From: an uncultured Chroococcidiopsis sp.
GTDB taxonomy: Bacteria; Cyanobacteriota; Cyanobacteriia; Cyanobacteriales; Chroococcidiopsidaceae
Direction of reading: 5' to 3'
DNA length: 64,000 bases
Assembly (NCBI GenBank): GCA_964248365.1
Contig: CAXTYC010000023.1
Span: 17,386-81,385 of the forward strand
The translations under genes and the position numbers were made by a program. Under the pieces are notes generated by a model that did not search any database, was not told where the DNA came from, and was given only the letters and a program-made list of their open reading frames with translations. Positions 32,658 to 43,314 of this stretch are shown piece after piece (the stretch's first letter is position 1; each line of letters starts with the position of its first letter).

Positions 32658-32889
32658 CTACTGACCTACAACTAAGGGGTATTCAAATTGCTCAGCTATT
32701 GGTTGCAAGTAATCGGTTTCGTTACGCTGGCGAACGTGCTTCTAATAGTTTAGGTGCTACATCACGAGCAATTTCCAAAGTTTCAGCAATCGTCCGTCCT
32801 TGTGCGACTAACCCTGGAAGTTCCTCAGAAGTTGCTAAATAAACTCCTTCTGGTAGTTTCTCAATGTGTATGTTGACAATTTTTTCCAC
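32658..32889 (-). pseudogene. hicB: HicB-like antitoxin, frameshifted
   Basis: MEKIVNIHIEKLPEGVYLATSEELPGLVAQGRTIAETLEIARDVA stops at 32722; a tail QRNETDYLQPIAEQFEYPLVVGQ* continues in another frame. Confidence 0.7.
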
Positions 32890-33127
32890 TATTATTCTTC
32901 CTAGTTGCGACTATATTACCTCATTAAACAAACTAGCTCTCTAGCTTTGAATATTTTTATTATGATGATGTTATTATCAAGTTCAACATGATACCTTTGA
33001 TATCATGAGGTAATTTTTATGATTTTTGTGATATAATATGGCTAATAAATGTAATTATTACAGTTTTCATAAAAGAGAGCATTGAATTTTAATTCAATGC
33101 TTTGGTCAAAAATCAATAGGGCTTGAT

Positions 33128-33376
33128 TTAGTAGTAGTCTGTTTCTGGTTGTGTTTGCGCTATAGCAAAGTTAAATGGATCGTACAGGAAGCGAGTTGCT
33201 TCTTCCTCTAAACGGTGGATTAGATACGGTTCGATCGCGTTTCCCTGGCGCAGAGCAGCCAAGTAACCGTCTAAATACAGTCGCAGATCGTCAGTGCGAT
33301 GTCCTCGATTCCACATATCGACTAGGGAGTCGGTTAGTTTTTGGTAGTAGCGTATGGTCTGAGTGTCCTGTAGCAT
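33128..33376 (-). CDS. Conserved cyanobacterial protein (DUF6761-like)
   Basis: MLQDTQTIRYYQKLTD..V..W.RG ... IHRLEEE..RFLYDP. Confidence 0.8.
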   Translation of the reverse strand: MLQDTQTIRYYQKLTDSLVDMWNRGHRTDDLRLYLDGYLAALRQGNAIEPYLIHRLEEEATRFLYDPFNFAIAQTQPETDYY

Positions 33377-34032
33377 AACACAAACGTGAAGTATAAAATG
33401 TGAGTTTTTTAAGTTGTGAGTTTTCTATTATGAAGTATCTAGCGTGAGTTTAGGCTTGAGATTTCAATTAGAAATCTTTAATATAGGACGGGTGGCAGTT
33501 AGGTTAGGCAAATACTTAGCTACTGTGCGATCGCCTGTTATTTTCTTTCATCTTACCTTCAACTAAATACCCACCTGCATGGATCTAATGGGCGATTTTT
33601 GCTGATACCTGGGTGGAGCTTGACTGGATCTGTATTTAAAGGAAAATACTGTGATTTTTTCCGCAATATAGTGTTTCTTGTTTCACTTAATAGCTATTTA
33701 GTCAACTATTCCTTTTTGTCCCTGCTACCTTAATTAATCAGCCTATCAGTTTAAAATTCCAGCCAGCGATCAGTCTTGAGAGTGAAAATCATCAACTTAT
33801 TCCTAGAACAACTCAGTTAATTCTCCCTTGAAGATAAATTAATTATCAATATTTATTAAGTATAGTTGAAAAAAATAACGTATGCTTGAATTTGCTTTTG
33901 ATGTTTAAAGGTTGTAGGCACAAAAGACCATTTGGTTTGATGGCAGATAGAAATAGAATTGCCCAAACTTCCTACTGGTAAGCTTTTCCCAATCTTTAAA
34001 TCTAAAATATATGGTTTCCAAAATGGTATGAG

Positions 34033-34074
34033 GTAGCAGCTGCTACAAAAGCCAACTGCAAGCTTTGTTACTTT
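34033..34074 (+). promoter_or_regulatory. Class II NtcA-activated promoter
   Basis: GTAGCAGCTGCTAC (GTA-N8-TAC), then exactly 22 nt, then TACTTT (TAN3T). Confidence 0.85.
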
Positions 34075-34105
34075 GAGATGCAAGTAAGCAAAGGATCTTG
34101 CCAGG

Positions 34106-34882
34106 GTGAGTTCAGTCTGTATTGAAATTGTAGAGGGGAATCCACATTTGCGATCGCTGCTGTGTTGGCACTTGCAACAGGTAGGCTATCGAGTGCATCA
34201 AGCCGCCAGTCTTTACCAAGCGCGAGATGTGTTTTTAACACGCCAGCCAACATTGATCGTACTTGATACTGAACTTGCCGATGGTGATGGACTCGAATTT
34301 TGCCGTTGGTTACAGCGACAGCAACAGCCGTTAATTTTAATGCTGTCTATCCGTAACACTGAAACTGATATTGTCACTGGGCTGAAGGCAGGAGCAGATG
34401 ATTATCTCACAAAACCATTTGGGATGCAAGAGTTTTTAGCGCGGGTAGAAGCACTATTGCGGCGAAATCGTACACCAGTTGCACCTGCATATTTGGATTA
34501 TGGAATTTTACAAATCGATTTGGTGCAGCGTCGTGTGTGTTTTCAAGGCGAATACATTGATTTGACACCCCAGGAATTCAGCTTGCTCTATGTTTTAGCT
34601 CAAGCGGGTGGTTTACCTTTGAGTAGATCGGAATTGCTACGTCGCGCTTGGCCTGATGCAATCGATAATCCTCGTACTATAGATACTCATGTGCTGTCTC
34701 TACGCAAAAAAGTCGAAACTGATCCGCGACAGCCTAGTTTAATTCAAACTGTGCGTAATGTGGGATATCGGTTTAATGTAGAAATGCTCAAAGCAACGAG
34801 TGTACAGCCATCAGAGGCATTCAAGCGTCAAAAGTCCAGTACCGATCATCCTCAGCGCTCAGCCTTGAGTAGTCAGTTTTGA
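34106..34882 (+). CDS. nrrA: OmpR-family nitrogen-regulated response regulator NrrA
   Basis: VCIEIVEGNPHLRSLL.WHLQQ N-terminus, winged helix RTIDTHV.SLRKK, NtcA promoter upstream. Confidence 0.82.
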   Translation: MSSVCIEIVEGNPHLRSLLCWHLQQVGYRVHQAASLYQARDVFLTRQPTLIVLDTELADGDGLEFCRWLQRQQQPLILMLSIRNTETDIVTGLKAGADDYLTKPFGMQEFLARVEALLRRNRTPVAPAYLDYGILQIDLVQRRVCFQGEYIDLTPQEFSLLYVLAQAGGLPLSRSELLRRAWPDAIDNPRTIDTHVLSLRKKVETDPRQPSLIQTVRNVGYRFNVEMLKATSVQPSEAFKRQKSSTDHPQRSALSSQF

Positions 34883-35312
34883 ATTAATTAACAGTATTGC
34901 ACGAATACGCAAGCATGGACTGTGTTTACATTCGTGCGGCTGTTTGTTCATTCCGCCTCTTTTACTTAAAATGATTATAAAAACAGTAGTTTACATTATA
35001 TACTAAATTTATAGTATTTATTTACAAAATTTACAGAAAGTCATGGTATTCTCATAAAATACCTCTTTTGGTACTTCCAGATCTGCCTGCGAAGTAACTA
35101 CTCTACTAATCGTTAAGACAGTGAGAAAGGATACAAAATAAGGTGATTTTCGGGATAATCCCTTCATTTCTGGACGAAAAGTTCAGAAGGCTTTTAGTAT
35201 TCATTAGATTGCGGTTTCAGGCAACGCGATGGCTGACCAATTTAGGATAGAAACGAAGTTGTGAGATGCGTAGCGTTGATTCCTGCTAACTGTTGAGTAA
35301 AGGCACAAGAAT

Positions 35313-36554
35313 ATGAGTAATGTCCAGGCAAAATTTTCAGCAACCGAAAATACATTTCATGTAGAAGGCTACGAGAAAATTGAGTTCAGTTTCGTCTTTG
35401 TCAACGGCGCTTTCGATGTAAAGAACACAGAACTAGCAGACAGCTACAAAAAATTTGGTCGTTGTCTAGCTGTAGTTGACCATAACGTGAATCGGCTCTA
35501 CGGAGAGCAAATTGAAGCATATTTCAAGCACTACAACATTGACCTTACCGTCTTTCCTGTTGCAATTAGCGAACCTACTAAGACCATAGAAACATTTGAA
35601 TCAATCATAGATGCTTTCGCAGATTTCGGTCTGGTACGTAAAGAGCCAGTGCTAATTGTAGGCGGCGGATTGGTGACAGATGTTGCAGGCTTCGCTTGTG
35701 CGGCTTACCGTCGCAGCACCAACTACATCCGCATTCCCACTACACTAATCGGTTTAGTCGATGCAGGAGTAGCAATCAAAGTTGCTGTCAATCACGGGAA
35801 GCTCAAAAACCGCTTGGGTGCATACCACGCACCACAAAAAGTGTTGATGGACTTCTCCTTCTTGCGGACACTCCCCACGCCAGAAGTCCGTAATGGTATG
35901 GCGGAATTGGTGAAAATTGCTGTTGTCTCAAACGCCCAAGTGTTCGAGCTGCTGTGCGAGTATGGGGAAGATTTACTTAATACTCACTTTGGCTACCTTG
36001 GCGGTACGGGCGAACTGAAGGAAGCCGCTCATCGGGTGAAATATGAGTCGATCAAAACGATGCTAGAATTGGAGACTCCCAATCTCCACGAGCTAGATCT
36101 AGACCGCGTAATCGCCTACGGTCATACTTGGAGTCCTACATTAGAATTGGCTCCGGCTGTACCACTGCTGCACGGTCATGCAGTAAATATTGATATGGCA
36201 TTGTCAGCAACGATCGCAGCGAAGCGGGGTTACATTACAATCGAAGAGCGGGATCGCATTTTGGGACTAATGAGCCGCATCGGTTTAGCCTTGGATCATC
36301 CTCTACTCGATAGCGACCTATTGTGGTATAGTACACAGTCGATCACCCAAACGCGAGACGGATTACAACGAGCTGCAATGCCAAGACCAATTGGACATTG
36401 CTTCTTCGTCAACGATATGACGCGGGAAGAACTCGATGCAGTTCTTGCCGATCACAAACGCATCTGTGCCTCGTACCCCCGTGCTGGTGCAGGTGTCGAT
36501 GGCTATGTAGGTAGCTACCAACAAAATTTAGTGGAGAGTACAGCCAATGTCTAG
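35313..36554 (+). CDS. mysA: Demethyl-4-deoxygadusol synthase (sedoheptulose-7-P cyclase)
   Basis: [36 protein letters not shown]. Confidence 0.93.
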   Translation: MSNVQAKFSATENTFHVEGYEKIEFSFVFVNGAFDVKNTELADSYKKFGRCLAVVDHNVNRLYGEQIEAYFKHYNIDLTVFPVAISEPTKTIETFESIIDAFADFGLVRKEPVLIVGGGLVTDVAGFACAAYRRSTNYIRIPTTLIGLVDAGVAIKVAVNHGKLKNRLGAYHAPQKVLMDFSFLRTLPTPEVRNGMAELVKIAVVSNAQVFELLCEYGEDLLNTHFGYLGGTGELKEAAHRVKYESIKTMLELETPNLHELDLDRVIAYGHTWSPTLELAPAVPLLHGHAVNIDMALSATIAAKRGYITIEERDRILGLMSRIGLALDHPLLDSDLLWYSTQSITQTRDGLQRAAMPRPIGHCFFVNDMTREELDAVLADHKRICASYPRAGAGVDGYVGSYQQNLVESTANV

Positions 36555-37380
36555 TGCTGCTGACGTGGAAAGTCCTCGTCCCGTCACACCATTGGGTATT
36601 TTGGTAGAGCATCTCGAAACTGCGGTAAGCATGGTCGAGGCAGAACCAAATGTGCCTACTGCTGTAAAAGCGCACTTACAAAAAGCCTTGCGTCTGGGCG
36701 CAGGTTTAGACCCTTACATCGAAGAGTATACGACAAAAGAATCTCCAGCCCTGAGCGCGATCGCCCAAAAAACTCATACTGAGGATTGGAGTAAGCGGTT
36801 TTCAGATGGTGCTACCGTGCGTCAATTAGAGCAAGAGATGCTGTCGGGACACCTGGAAGGGCAGGTACTCAAGATGTTCGTCTACATGACCCGTGCCAAA
36901 AGCATATTGGACATTGGGATGTTTACAGGGTACTCAGCTCTTGCGATGGCAGAAGCTTTACCTGCTGACGGGTGTTTAGTAGCCTGTGAGGTGGATCAAT
37001 ATGTCGCCTCTTTTGCCCAAGGTCTATTCCAAGGTTCCCCGCACGGGGCAAAAATTCAGGTCGAATTAGGTTCAGCACTTGCTACCCTCGAAAAGCTTGC
37101 ACAAAAGGAAGAATCCTTCGATTTGGTATTTATTGATGCCGACAAAAAGGAGTATGTGCAGTATTTCCAAACTTTGTTGGACACTAACTTGCTAGCACCT
37201 CAAGGGTTTATCTGTGTAGACAATACCTTGTTGCAGGGACAAGTTTACCTTCCCGAACAAGAAAGAACCCCCAATGGAGAAGCGATCGCCACTTTCAACC
37301 AGGTCGTTGCTAACGATTCCCGTGTTGAGCAAGTGATACTGCCTTTGCGAGACGGCTTGACGATCATCAGGCGAGTGTAG
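36547..37380 (+). CDS. mysB: MAA O-methyltransferase
   Basis: [34 protein letters not shown]; overlaps mysA. Confidence 0.93.
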   Translation: MSSAADVESPRPVTPLGILVEHLETAVSMVEAEPNVPTAVKAHLQKALRLGAGLDPYIEEYTTKESPALSAIAQKTHTEDWSKRFSDGATVRQLEQEMLSGHLEGQVLKMFVYMTRAKSILDIGMFTGYSALAMAEALPADGCLVACEVDQYVASFAQGLFQGSPHGAKIQVELGSALATLEKLAQKEESFDLVFIDADKKEYVQYFQTLLDTNLLAPQGFICVDNTLLQGQVYLPEQERTPNGEAIATFNQVVANDSRVEQVILPLRDGLTIIRRV

Positions 37381-37383
37381 TCA

Positions 37384-37444
37384 TAGGGGCGGGTTTAACA
37401 AACAATCAATTGGGCAATAGATAACCCAAATAAACCCGCCCGTA
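37384..37444. repeat. REP-like element between mysB and mysC
   Basis: TAGGGGCGGGTTTA...TAAACCCGCCCGTA. Confidence 0.7.
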
Positions 37445-37489
37445 TCCACGTTCTAGGGGTGAGGTTGATCCACACTTTTAAGGCTATAT

Positions 37490-38854
37490 ATGGTGCAACA
37501 ACAATCTACACAAGGGCGTGTTTTCGCCGCCTTCCAAAATTTGGGGACGCTGGCGTTACTGGCGATCGCTTTTCCCTTTAACTGCATCGTCGTCTTAACA
37601 TCGCTGCTATGGAACTTTTTGAGCCGACCGTTCCAGCAGCAAGTTGTTTTCAACCCCAATTCCAAAAATATCTTGATCGCTGGCAGTAGGATGACTAAAG
37701 CCCTTCAGCTAGCGCGATCGTTTCATGCCGCTGGGCATCGAGCCATTTTAGTTGATACCGATAAATACTGGTTAGCTGGTAATCAATTTTCCAACGCTGT
37801 CGCTGCCTCTTACACAGTACCCGATCCAAGCAAAGATTTAGAAGGCTATACTAAAGCCCTATATGCGATCGCCATCAAAGAAAAGATCGACTTTTTTATT
37901 CCGGTAGCCATTTTCGCTGTCATCTACTATGACTCGCAAGGTAAACCACCGTTACCAGACGATGTAGAGTTTTTCCACTTCGATGCTGATGTCACAAAAA
38001 TGCTAGATGACAAGTTCGCCTTTGCCGAAAGGGCGCGAAGTTTCTCGTTATCAGTCCCCAAATCGTTCCTAATTACCAACCCCGAACAAGTCCTCAACTT
38101 CGACTTTTCCAACGAGAAAAATAAGTACATCCTCAAAAGCATTCCCTACGACCAAATACGTCGCTTGGATCTCACCAAGTTACCTTGTGATACCCCAGCG
38201 CAAACAGCAGAATTTGTCAATAGTCTGCCTATCAGCCCAGAGAAGCCCTGGATTATGCAGGAATTTATTTCCGGCAAGGAATACTGCACTCACAGTACCG
38301 TAAGAGACGGAGAGACAACAATGTACTGCTGCTGTGAGTCATCCGCCTTTCAAGTCAACTACGAAAACGTTGATAAGCCTAAAATTATGGAATGGGCGAC
38401 TCATTTTGCCAAAGAACTGGGACGTACTGGGCAGCTCTCCTTTGACTTTATTGAGGCTCCTGACGGAACTCCTTACGCGATCGAGTGCAACCCCCGCACT
38501 CACTCTGCCATTACTATGTTTTACAACCACCCAGGAGTAGCGGATGCCTATCTCGATAAAGACGTTGCAAGCAAAACCTCTACAATTTATCCTTTGCAAC
38601 CGCTTCCTGATAGTAAGCCTACCTATTGGCTGTACCACGAACTCTGGAGACTTAATGAGGTTAGATCGTTAAAGCAATTACAAACTTGGGTAAGAAATAT
38701 TTTGCGGGGGAAAGACGCAATTTTTGAGGTGAGCGATCCCCTACCCTTCCTGATGGTACACCACTGGCAAATTCCCTTACTCCTGCTCGACAATCTATTA
38801 AGACTCAAAGGCTGGATCAGAATAGATTTTAACATTGGTGAACTTATAGAGTAA
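37490..38854 (+). CDS. mysC: ATP-grasp mycosporine ligase
   Basis: MTKALQLARSF, LDDKF, YILKSIPYD, IECNPRTHSA, IDFNIG. Confidence 0.9.
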   Translation: MVQQQSTQGRVFAAFQNLGTLALLAIAFPFNCIVVLTSLLWNFLSRPFQQQVVFNPNSKNILIAGSRMTKALQLARSFHAAGHRAILVDTDKYWLAGNQFSNAVAASYTVPDPSKDLEGYTKALYAIAIKEKIDFFIPVAIFAVIYYDSQGKPPLPDDVEFFHFDADVTKMLDDKFAFAERARSFSLSVPKSFLITNPEQVLNFDFSNEKNKYILKSIPYDQIRRLDLTKLPCDTPAQTAEFVNSLPISPEKPWIMQEFISGKEYCTHSTVRDGETTMYCCCESSAFQVNYENVDKPKIMEWATHFAKELGRTGQLSFDFIEAPDGTPYAIECNPRTHSAITMFYNHPGVADAYLDKDVASKTSTIYPLQPLPDSKPTYWLYHELWRLNEVRSLKQLQTWVRNILRGKDAIFEVSDPLPFLMVHHWQIPLLLLDNLLRLKGWIRIDFNIGELIE

Positions 38855-38859
38855 AAATT

Positions 38860-40037
38860 ATGCCTTGGTAGCCTCTCAACAAGTATTGCTGAGATTTCTG
38901 GTTCGCTTGGCAAGGGGAAACTTTATATGTTTTCTATCTCCAAGCTAATAAACTCACTTGTAGCTACAATCCAGAACGAAGACATAATTTAGCATCTATT
39001 GGTCACGCCGTCTTGACTAATTTTGGTTGGCAAGAAATCAATCCCGATCAGCCAGTCATTTCAAACAGAGATGGAAACTTTTGGAATAATCTTTCAATTT
39101 GGACAGGAAGTATTATCGAAAAAGAAGGCTTATATTATCTGTTCTACACAGCAAGATGCAAAGACGAAGCGTGGGTGGAAACACCTTACGAGCGACGTAT
39201 ACCTCAAAACATTGGTGTAGCTGTGTCGGAGGATTTAAAGACTTGGACTAGAACCCTCACCTCGTTAGAAAAACCTGTTATTCCCAATCCTGGTATAGAT
39301 AGTCAATTTGACGGCATAAACTGGCGCGATCCTTATGTGATTAAAGACGATATAGATGGGCAGTTTTATGCTTTTATCTGTGCTCATCCAAAAGATACTT
39401 CTGCCGATGCTGGTGGTGTTATCGCTTATGCCACTTCTAAGGATTTATCTAATTGGCAAGACGAACCTTATCGAATTTTGTACAGCAGCAATAAATTTTT
39501 ATTTACTGAAGTTCCTCAAGTTTTTTGGCGAAAGACTAACGACTTGAAATCCTGGCGCTTGTACTTTTTGTTTAGTCCTCGCTGGAGTTCCTTTTTTAAT
39601 AGAGAAATACCAACTGGTATTACATATTATGTCCATTATGTACCCATAGAAAATAGAAAAAAGGTCAGTTATGACAATATTCCTTGGGAGACAGAGCCAG
39701 CTAAGATACTTGTTAAAGGTCTACATGGTGGGAAGCTGATCGAGCCAGAAAAAGAAGAAAATCCGGTTCATCATTATAATGGTATGTTTCTGACACAGTT
39801 GAAGGTCCTTATCATCCAAGAAATGAAGATGACTTTATTGTCAAAGGTAGCGAGACAACTGGAATGTATGGAACCAACTTTCTGCAAGTATCGACAGATC
39901 CAGAAGAATGGATTGCTTATGGTTGGTATCACAGATTGCACGCTTTAGCAGTTTCCCAAGCGTTTCGAGTTGACTGGAAGAATACATGGAATCTGGATAC
40001 TTTGAAAATTTCTCTTACCAGTACAGGGCTTAAGTGA
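38860..40037 (+). pseudogene. Five-bladed beta-propeller glycoside hydrolase (GH32/GH68-like) pseudogene
   Basis: ATG 38860 MPW*PLNKYC*DFWFAW...FYLQA...RHNLASIGHAV is in frame with ORF 39013 (WTGS, WRDP, EVP); frameshift near 39775 to WYVSDTVEGPY.P...GWY...*. Confidence 0.72.
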
Positions 40038-40039
40038 GT

Positions 40040-40099
40040 TTCGCGCAAAGACGCAAAGGCGCTAAGAAGCTCTTTGTGTCTTTGCGCCTTTGCGTGAGA
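40040..40099. repeat. GCGCAAAG-type palindromic repeat
   Basis: CGCGCAAAGACGCAAAGGCGC...GTGTCTTTGCGCCTTTGCGTG; related pieces near 31960, 52190 and 62045. Confidence 0.65.
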
Positions 40100-40158
40100 T
40101 AATACCACCGAGGAATCCTTTTAGGGCAAAATAGTAAGTTGCAGCATTCGGTCAGTTT

Positions 40159-41310
40159 ATGCCCTCTCGTTCACTTGATGCTTATGAGAGTACAGCTACC
40201 CAAAAGCAAGTAATTGGTGTAGCAGTAGTGGGGACTGGATTTGGTCAAAAAGTCCACATCCCTGGATTTGATGCTAATCCCCAAACTCAGGTAGTTGCTG
40301 TTTATCATCAGGATTTGGAAAAAGCAAAAGCGATCGCCTCCTCTCACAACATCCCCCACGCTTGTCATACAATTGACGATATCCTTGCCCTGCCCGAAGT
40401 GCAAGCAGTCAGCATCTCGACACCGCCATTTCTACATTACGAGATGGCGAAACAAGTCATACAAGCGGGAAAGCATCTGTTACTAGAAAAACCTACAACT
40501 CTGAGTGCAGAGGAAGCACGAGAGTTATATCATCTGGCTAAACAAAAAAGAGTAATTGCTACCCTGGATTTTGAATATCGCTTTGTTCCAGCATGGCAGT
40601 GTTTAGCAGAACTGCTATCTGAAGATTATGTAGGTAAGAAGCGTTTAATTAAAATTGATTGGCTAGTTTCCAGTCGTGCTGATGCATCCCGTCCTTGGAA
40701 TTGGTATTCTCGTAAAGATCAAGGTGGTGGAGCGTTGGGAGCATTAGGTTCTCATGCTTTCGATTATATTAACTGGTTATTTGGTTCGGTAAGCAAATTG
40801 TGCGCCCATCTAAGTACTAGCATACCAATGCGACCCGATCCAGTTAGCGGGGAATTGAAGCGGGTGGATGCGGATGACACCTGTACGATCATGCTGGAAT
40901 TAGCAGATGGTACGCCTTGTCAGGTTTGTATTAGTGCGGCTGTCTATGCGCCTCGTACTCATGGTGTAGAAGTTTATGGCGATCGCGGTACTCTAGTTTT
41001 AGGCAGTAATAATCAAAAAGATTATATTCACGGGTTTCATCTGTCAGGTAGTCAAGCCGGACAACCTTTAGTCCAGTTAGAAATTCCCATGCGTCTTAAT
41101 TTTGGCAAAACTTACACTGATGGGCGCATTGCAGCATTTATTCGAGTAGTAGATTACTGGGTACAAGCAATTGACAAAGGGGAAGCAACAGCACCCTCAC
41201 TGCGCGAAGGCGTTTACTCTCAGTTGTTGATGGATCTTAGTCACACCTCCCATCAACAGCGCAGTTGGGTAGATGTACCTCAGTTAGAAACGTTTTTGGC
41301 TGGTGGTTAA
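40159..41310 (+). CDS. Gfo/Idh/MocA oxidoreductase
   Basis: GTGFG, STPPFLH, LLEKP, GGG.LG..GSH..D. Confidence 0.92.
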   Translation: MPSRSLDAYESTATQKQVIGVAVVGTGFGQKVHIPGFDANPQTQVVAVYHQDLEKAKAIASSHNIPHACHTIDDILALPEVQAVSISTPPFLHYEMAKQVIQAGKHLLLEKPTTLSAEEARELYHLAKQKRVIATLDFEYRFVPAWQCLAELLSEDYVGKKRLIKIDWLVSSRADASRPWNWYSRKDQGGGALGALGSHAFDYINWLFGSVSKLCAHLSTSIPMRPDPVSGELKRVDADDTCTIMLELADGTPCQVCISAAVYAPRTHGVEVYGDRGTLVLGSNNQKDYIHGFHLSGSQAGQPLVQLEIPMRLNFGKTYTDGRIAAFIRVVDYWVQAIDKGEATAPSLREGVYSQLLMDLSHTSHQQRSWVDVPQLETFLAGG

Positions 41311-41362
41311 GGTATTTAAAGAGATTAACCAACAATCTAAAGATAAAACTGATTAGCTATTC

Positions 41363-42058
41363 ATGAGTTATCTTCCATTTATTTCTGATCAAAAGCTGAA
41401 AAATGCAGTCCAAAATGTAGTTGATTGTATTTTAGAGACAGAACAAAAACAAGAAGAAGAAATGTATAAAAATGTTATAGACCCTTTTTCAGCAATTTTT
41501 GACGGTGCAGTACAAGGCTTTAGTTTAGAAGCATGGCTTAAAAAAGAAAAATCTAGACAAGTTCAGAAAACAGTACAAAACCGAATAGGATATTTTCACC
41601 AAGAGATTTTAGGTAGCATTCCTGGCTGGACAACTCTAGATGAAGGTGTAGATGTTTGTAATCAAGAGAGGAAAATAATAGCGGAATTAAAGAATAAGTA
41701 CAACACAGTTAAAGGAAGCGATAAGTTTGGTATTTATGATTATTTGTTATCGTGTTTAAGCAAACCAGAGTATCAAGACTTTACAGCCTACTATGTTGAA
41801 ATTATTCCTAAAAACAGAACAGCCTACGATAAACCTTTTACTCCTTCAAGTAGAGAATCTGGGACGCGAAGACCTATGAATCAAAAAATCAGAGTAATAA
41901 GTGGGCAAGAATTTTACAAATTAGCTACTGGCGAACCTAAAGCTTTAAGTATGCTATTTAATATATTACCAGACGTGATATGTGATGTTTCAGGATTAGA
42001 AAAACTTAGTGAACAACAGAAGGCGACATTTAGAAGCTTGTTCGATAGAGCTTACTAA
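41363..42058 (+). CDS. Type II restriction endonuclease, Eco47II-like
   Basis: NVIDPF, RQ.QK..QN.IGYFHQ, D...AELKNKYNT, ISG.EFY; adjacent to a C5 MTase. Confidence 0.8.
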   Translation: MSYLPFISDQKLKNAVQNVVDCILETEQKQEEEMYKNVIDPFSAIFDGAVQGFSLEAWLKKEKSRQVQKTVQNRIGYFHQEILGSIPGWTTLDEGVDVCNQERKIIAELKNKYNTVKGSDKFGIYDYLLSCLSKPEYQDFTAYYVEIIPKNRTAYDKPFTPSSRESGTRRPMNQKIRVISGQEFYKLATGEPKALSMLFNILPDVICDVSGLEKLSEQQKATFRSLFDRAY

Positions 42059-42066
42059 CTTAATAA

Positions 42067-43116
42067 TTAATCTTCAGCATTTGATAAAGCACTGACTATT
42101 GCTCGTCCTAAGTGATAAGCAAAGTTTACAGGCACTGCATTGCCAATCTGCTGATATTTTGAACCAATACCTCCAATGAATTCCCAGTCATCTGGAAAGG
42201 TTTGAATTCTGGCATATTCCCTTACTGTAAATGGTCTGGTTTCATCTGGGTGACAGCGTTCAGTTTGTTTTTGTGATGGTGAAGTGGTCAGCGTTAAACT
42301 CGGCTCGTCCCAAGAGATTCGACGTGCCATACCTGTTCTTCCACCTGAGAGATAATAGCTTTTCATCATATAGCTTTTCTGAATATCTTCTGGTAAGTCT
42401 CGCCAACAGCCACCAGGCGGCACTAAAGCTAAAATAGCAGCTTTTTTAGGGCTGTATTTCATTCCTTCAGAAGGTGGAACATTTTTTAGAGCATCTCTTA
42501 CCGTAAGAATTCTTGCAGAAGGAGCAGGGTACACAAAGCGAATGCCTGAACGAATACCGATGATAATAACTCTTTCTCGCTTCTGCGGCACATCATAGTT
42601 AACCGCATTCAACAAACGATAGTGAACGTCATAACCTAAAGATTCTAGGACTGATAAAACTGTTTTGAGAGTTTTACCTTTTTGATGACTAATTAAACCT
42701 CTTACATTTTCAGCTAGAAATAATTTAGGCTGTACCTCTTTTACACAACGTGCAAATTCATAAAACAAAGTACCACGAATATCTTCAAAACCTAAACCTT
42801 TACCTGCATAGCTGAAAGCTTGGCAAGGAAACCCCCCAGTAACAACATCTGCACTCATGCCATCAAAAGAAACCTTAGAGACATCAGCATGAATCACATT
42901 CCAATCTGGGCGATTATGTCGAAGCGTTGCTACAGCATCTTTGTCAATTTCAATCAGCGCTTTGGCTTTTAATCCAGCCTGTTCTAATCCAAGCGCTAGA
43001 CCGCCAGCCCCCGCGAAAAGCTCAATAACAGTGGCTGTAGTTGTGGTTGAAACTTGAACAGGGGGAGCAGTGTACGGGATATCTGGAAGTTTAAACAGAT
43101 CTAGCTGCGTATACAT
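42067..43116 (-). CDS. DNA (cytosine-5) methyltransferase
   Basis: ELFAGAGG, GGFPCQ, ENVRG, PQKRER, YARIQTFP, QIGNAVP. Confidence 0.95.
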   Translation of the reverse strand: MYTQLDLFKLPDIPYTAPPVQVSTTTTATVIELFAGAGGLALGLEQAGLKAKALIEIDKDAVATLRHNRPDWNVIHADVSKVSFDGMSADVVTGGFPCQAFSYAGKGLGFEDIRGTLFYEFARCVKEVQPKLFLAENVRGLISHQKGKTLKTVLSVLESLGYDVHYRLLNAVNYDVPQKRERVIIIGIRSGIRFVYPAPSARILTVRDALKNVPPSEGMKYSPKKAAILALVPPGGCWRDLPEDIQKSYMMKSYYLSGGRTGMARRISWDEPSLTLTTSPSQKQTERCHPDETRPFTVREYARIQTFPDDWEFIGGIGSKYQQIGNAVPVNFAYHLGRAIVSALSNAED

Positions 43117-43202
43117 AATTAACGAGTATAAGTAATCTTTCTAATAAACTTGAGGCACTCCCGTAGTAACTGCGGTGTGTGAACTGCTTTCTCTTATTTG
43201 AG

Positions 43203-43273
43203 CAGCTAATTAGCTAATTGTCAATATAACTAAACAAAAATATATCTATTAATCAACACAGCTAATTAGCTAA
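43203..43273. promoter_or_regulatory. Two copies of CAGCTAATTAGCTAA (palindromic core), candidate operators
   Basis: At 43203-43217 and 43259-43273, between the divergent MTase and RHH-like genes. Confidence 0.55.
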
Positions 43274-43314
43274 GCTATACTAAGAATTAACTCTATTCAG
43301 CAAAAATAGGCAAA

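Noticed and set aside
38860..39012. Stop-codon readthrough or selenocysteine in the GH gene
   Set aside because: Two different stops plus a later frameshift are better explained by decay
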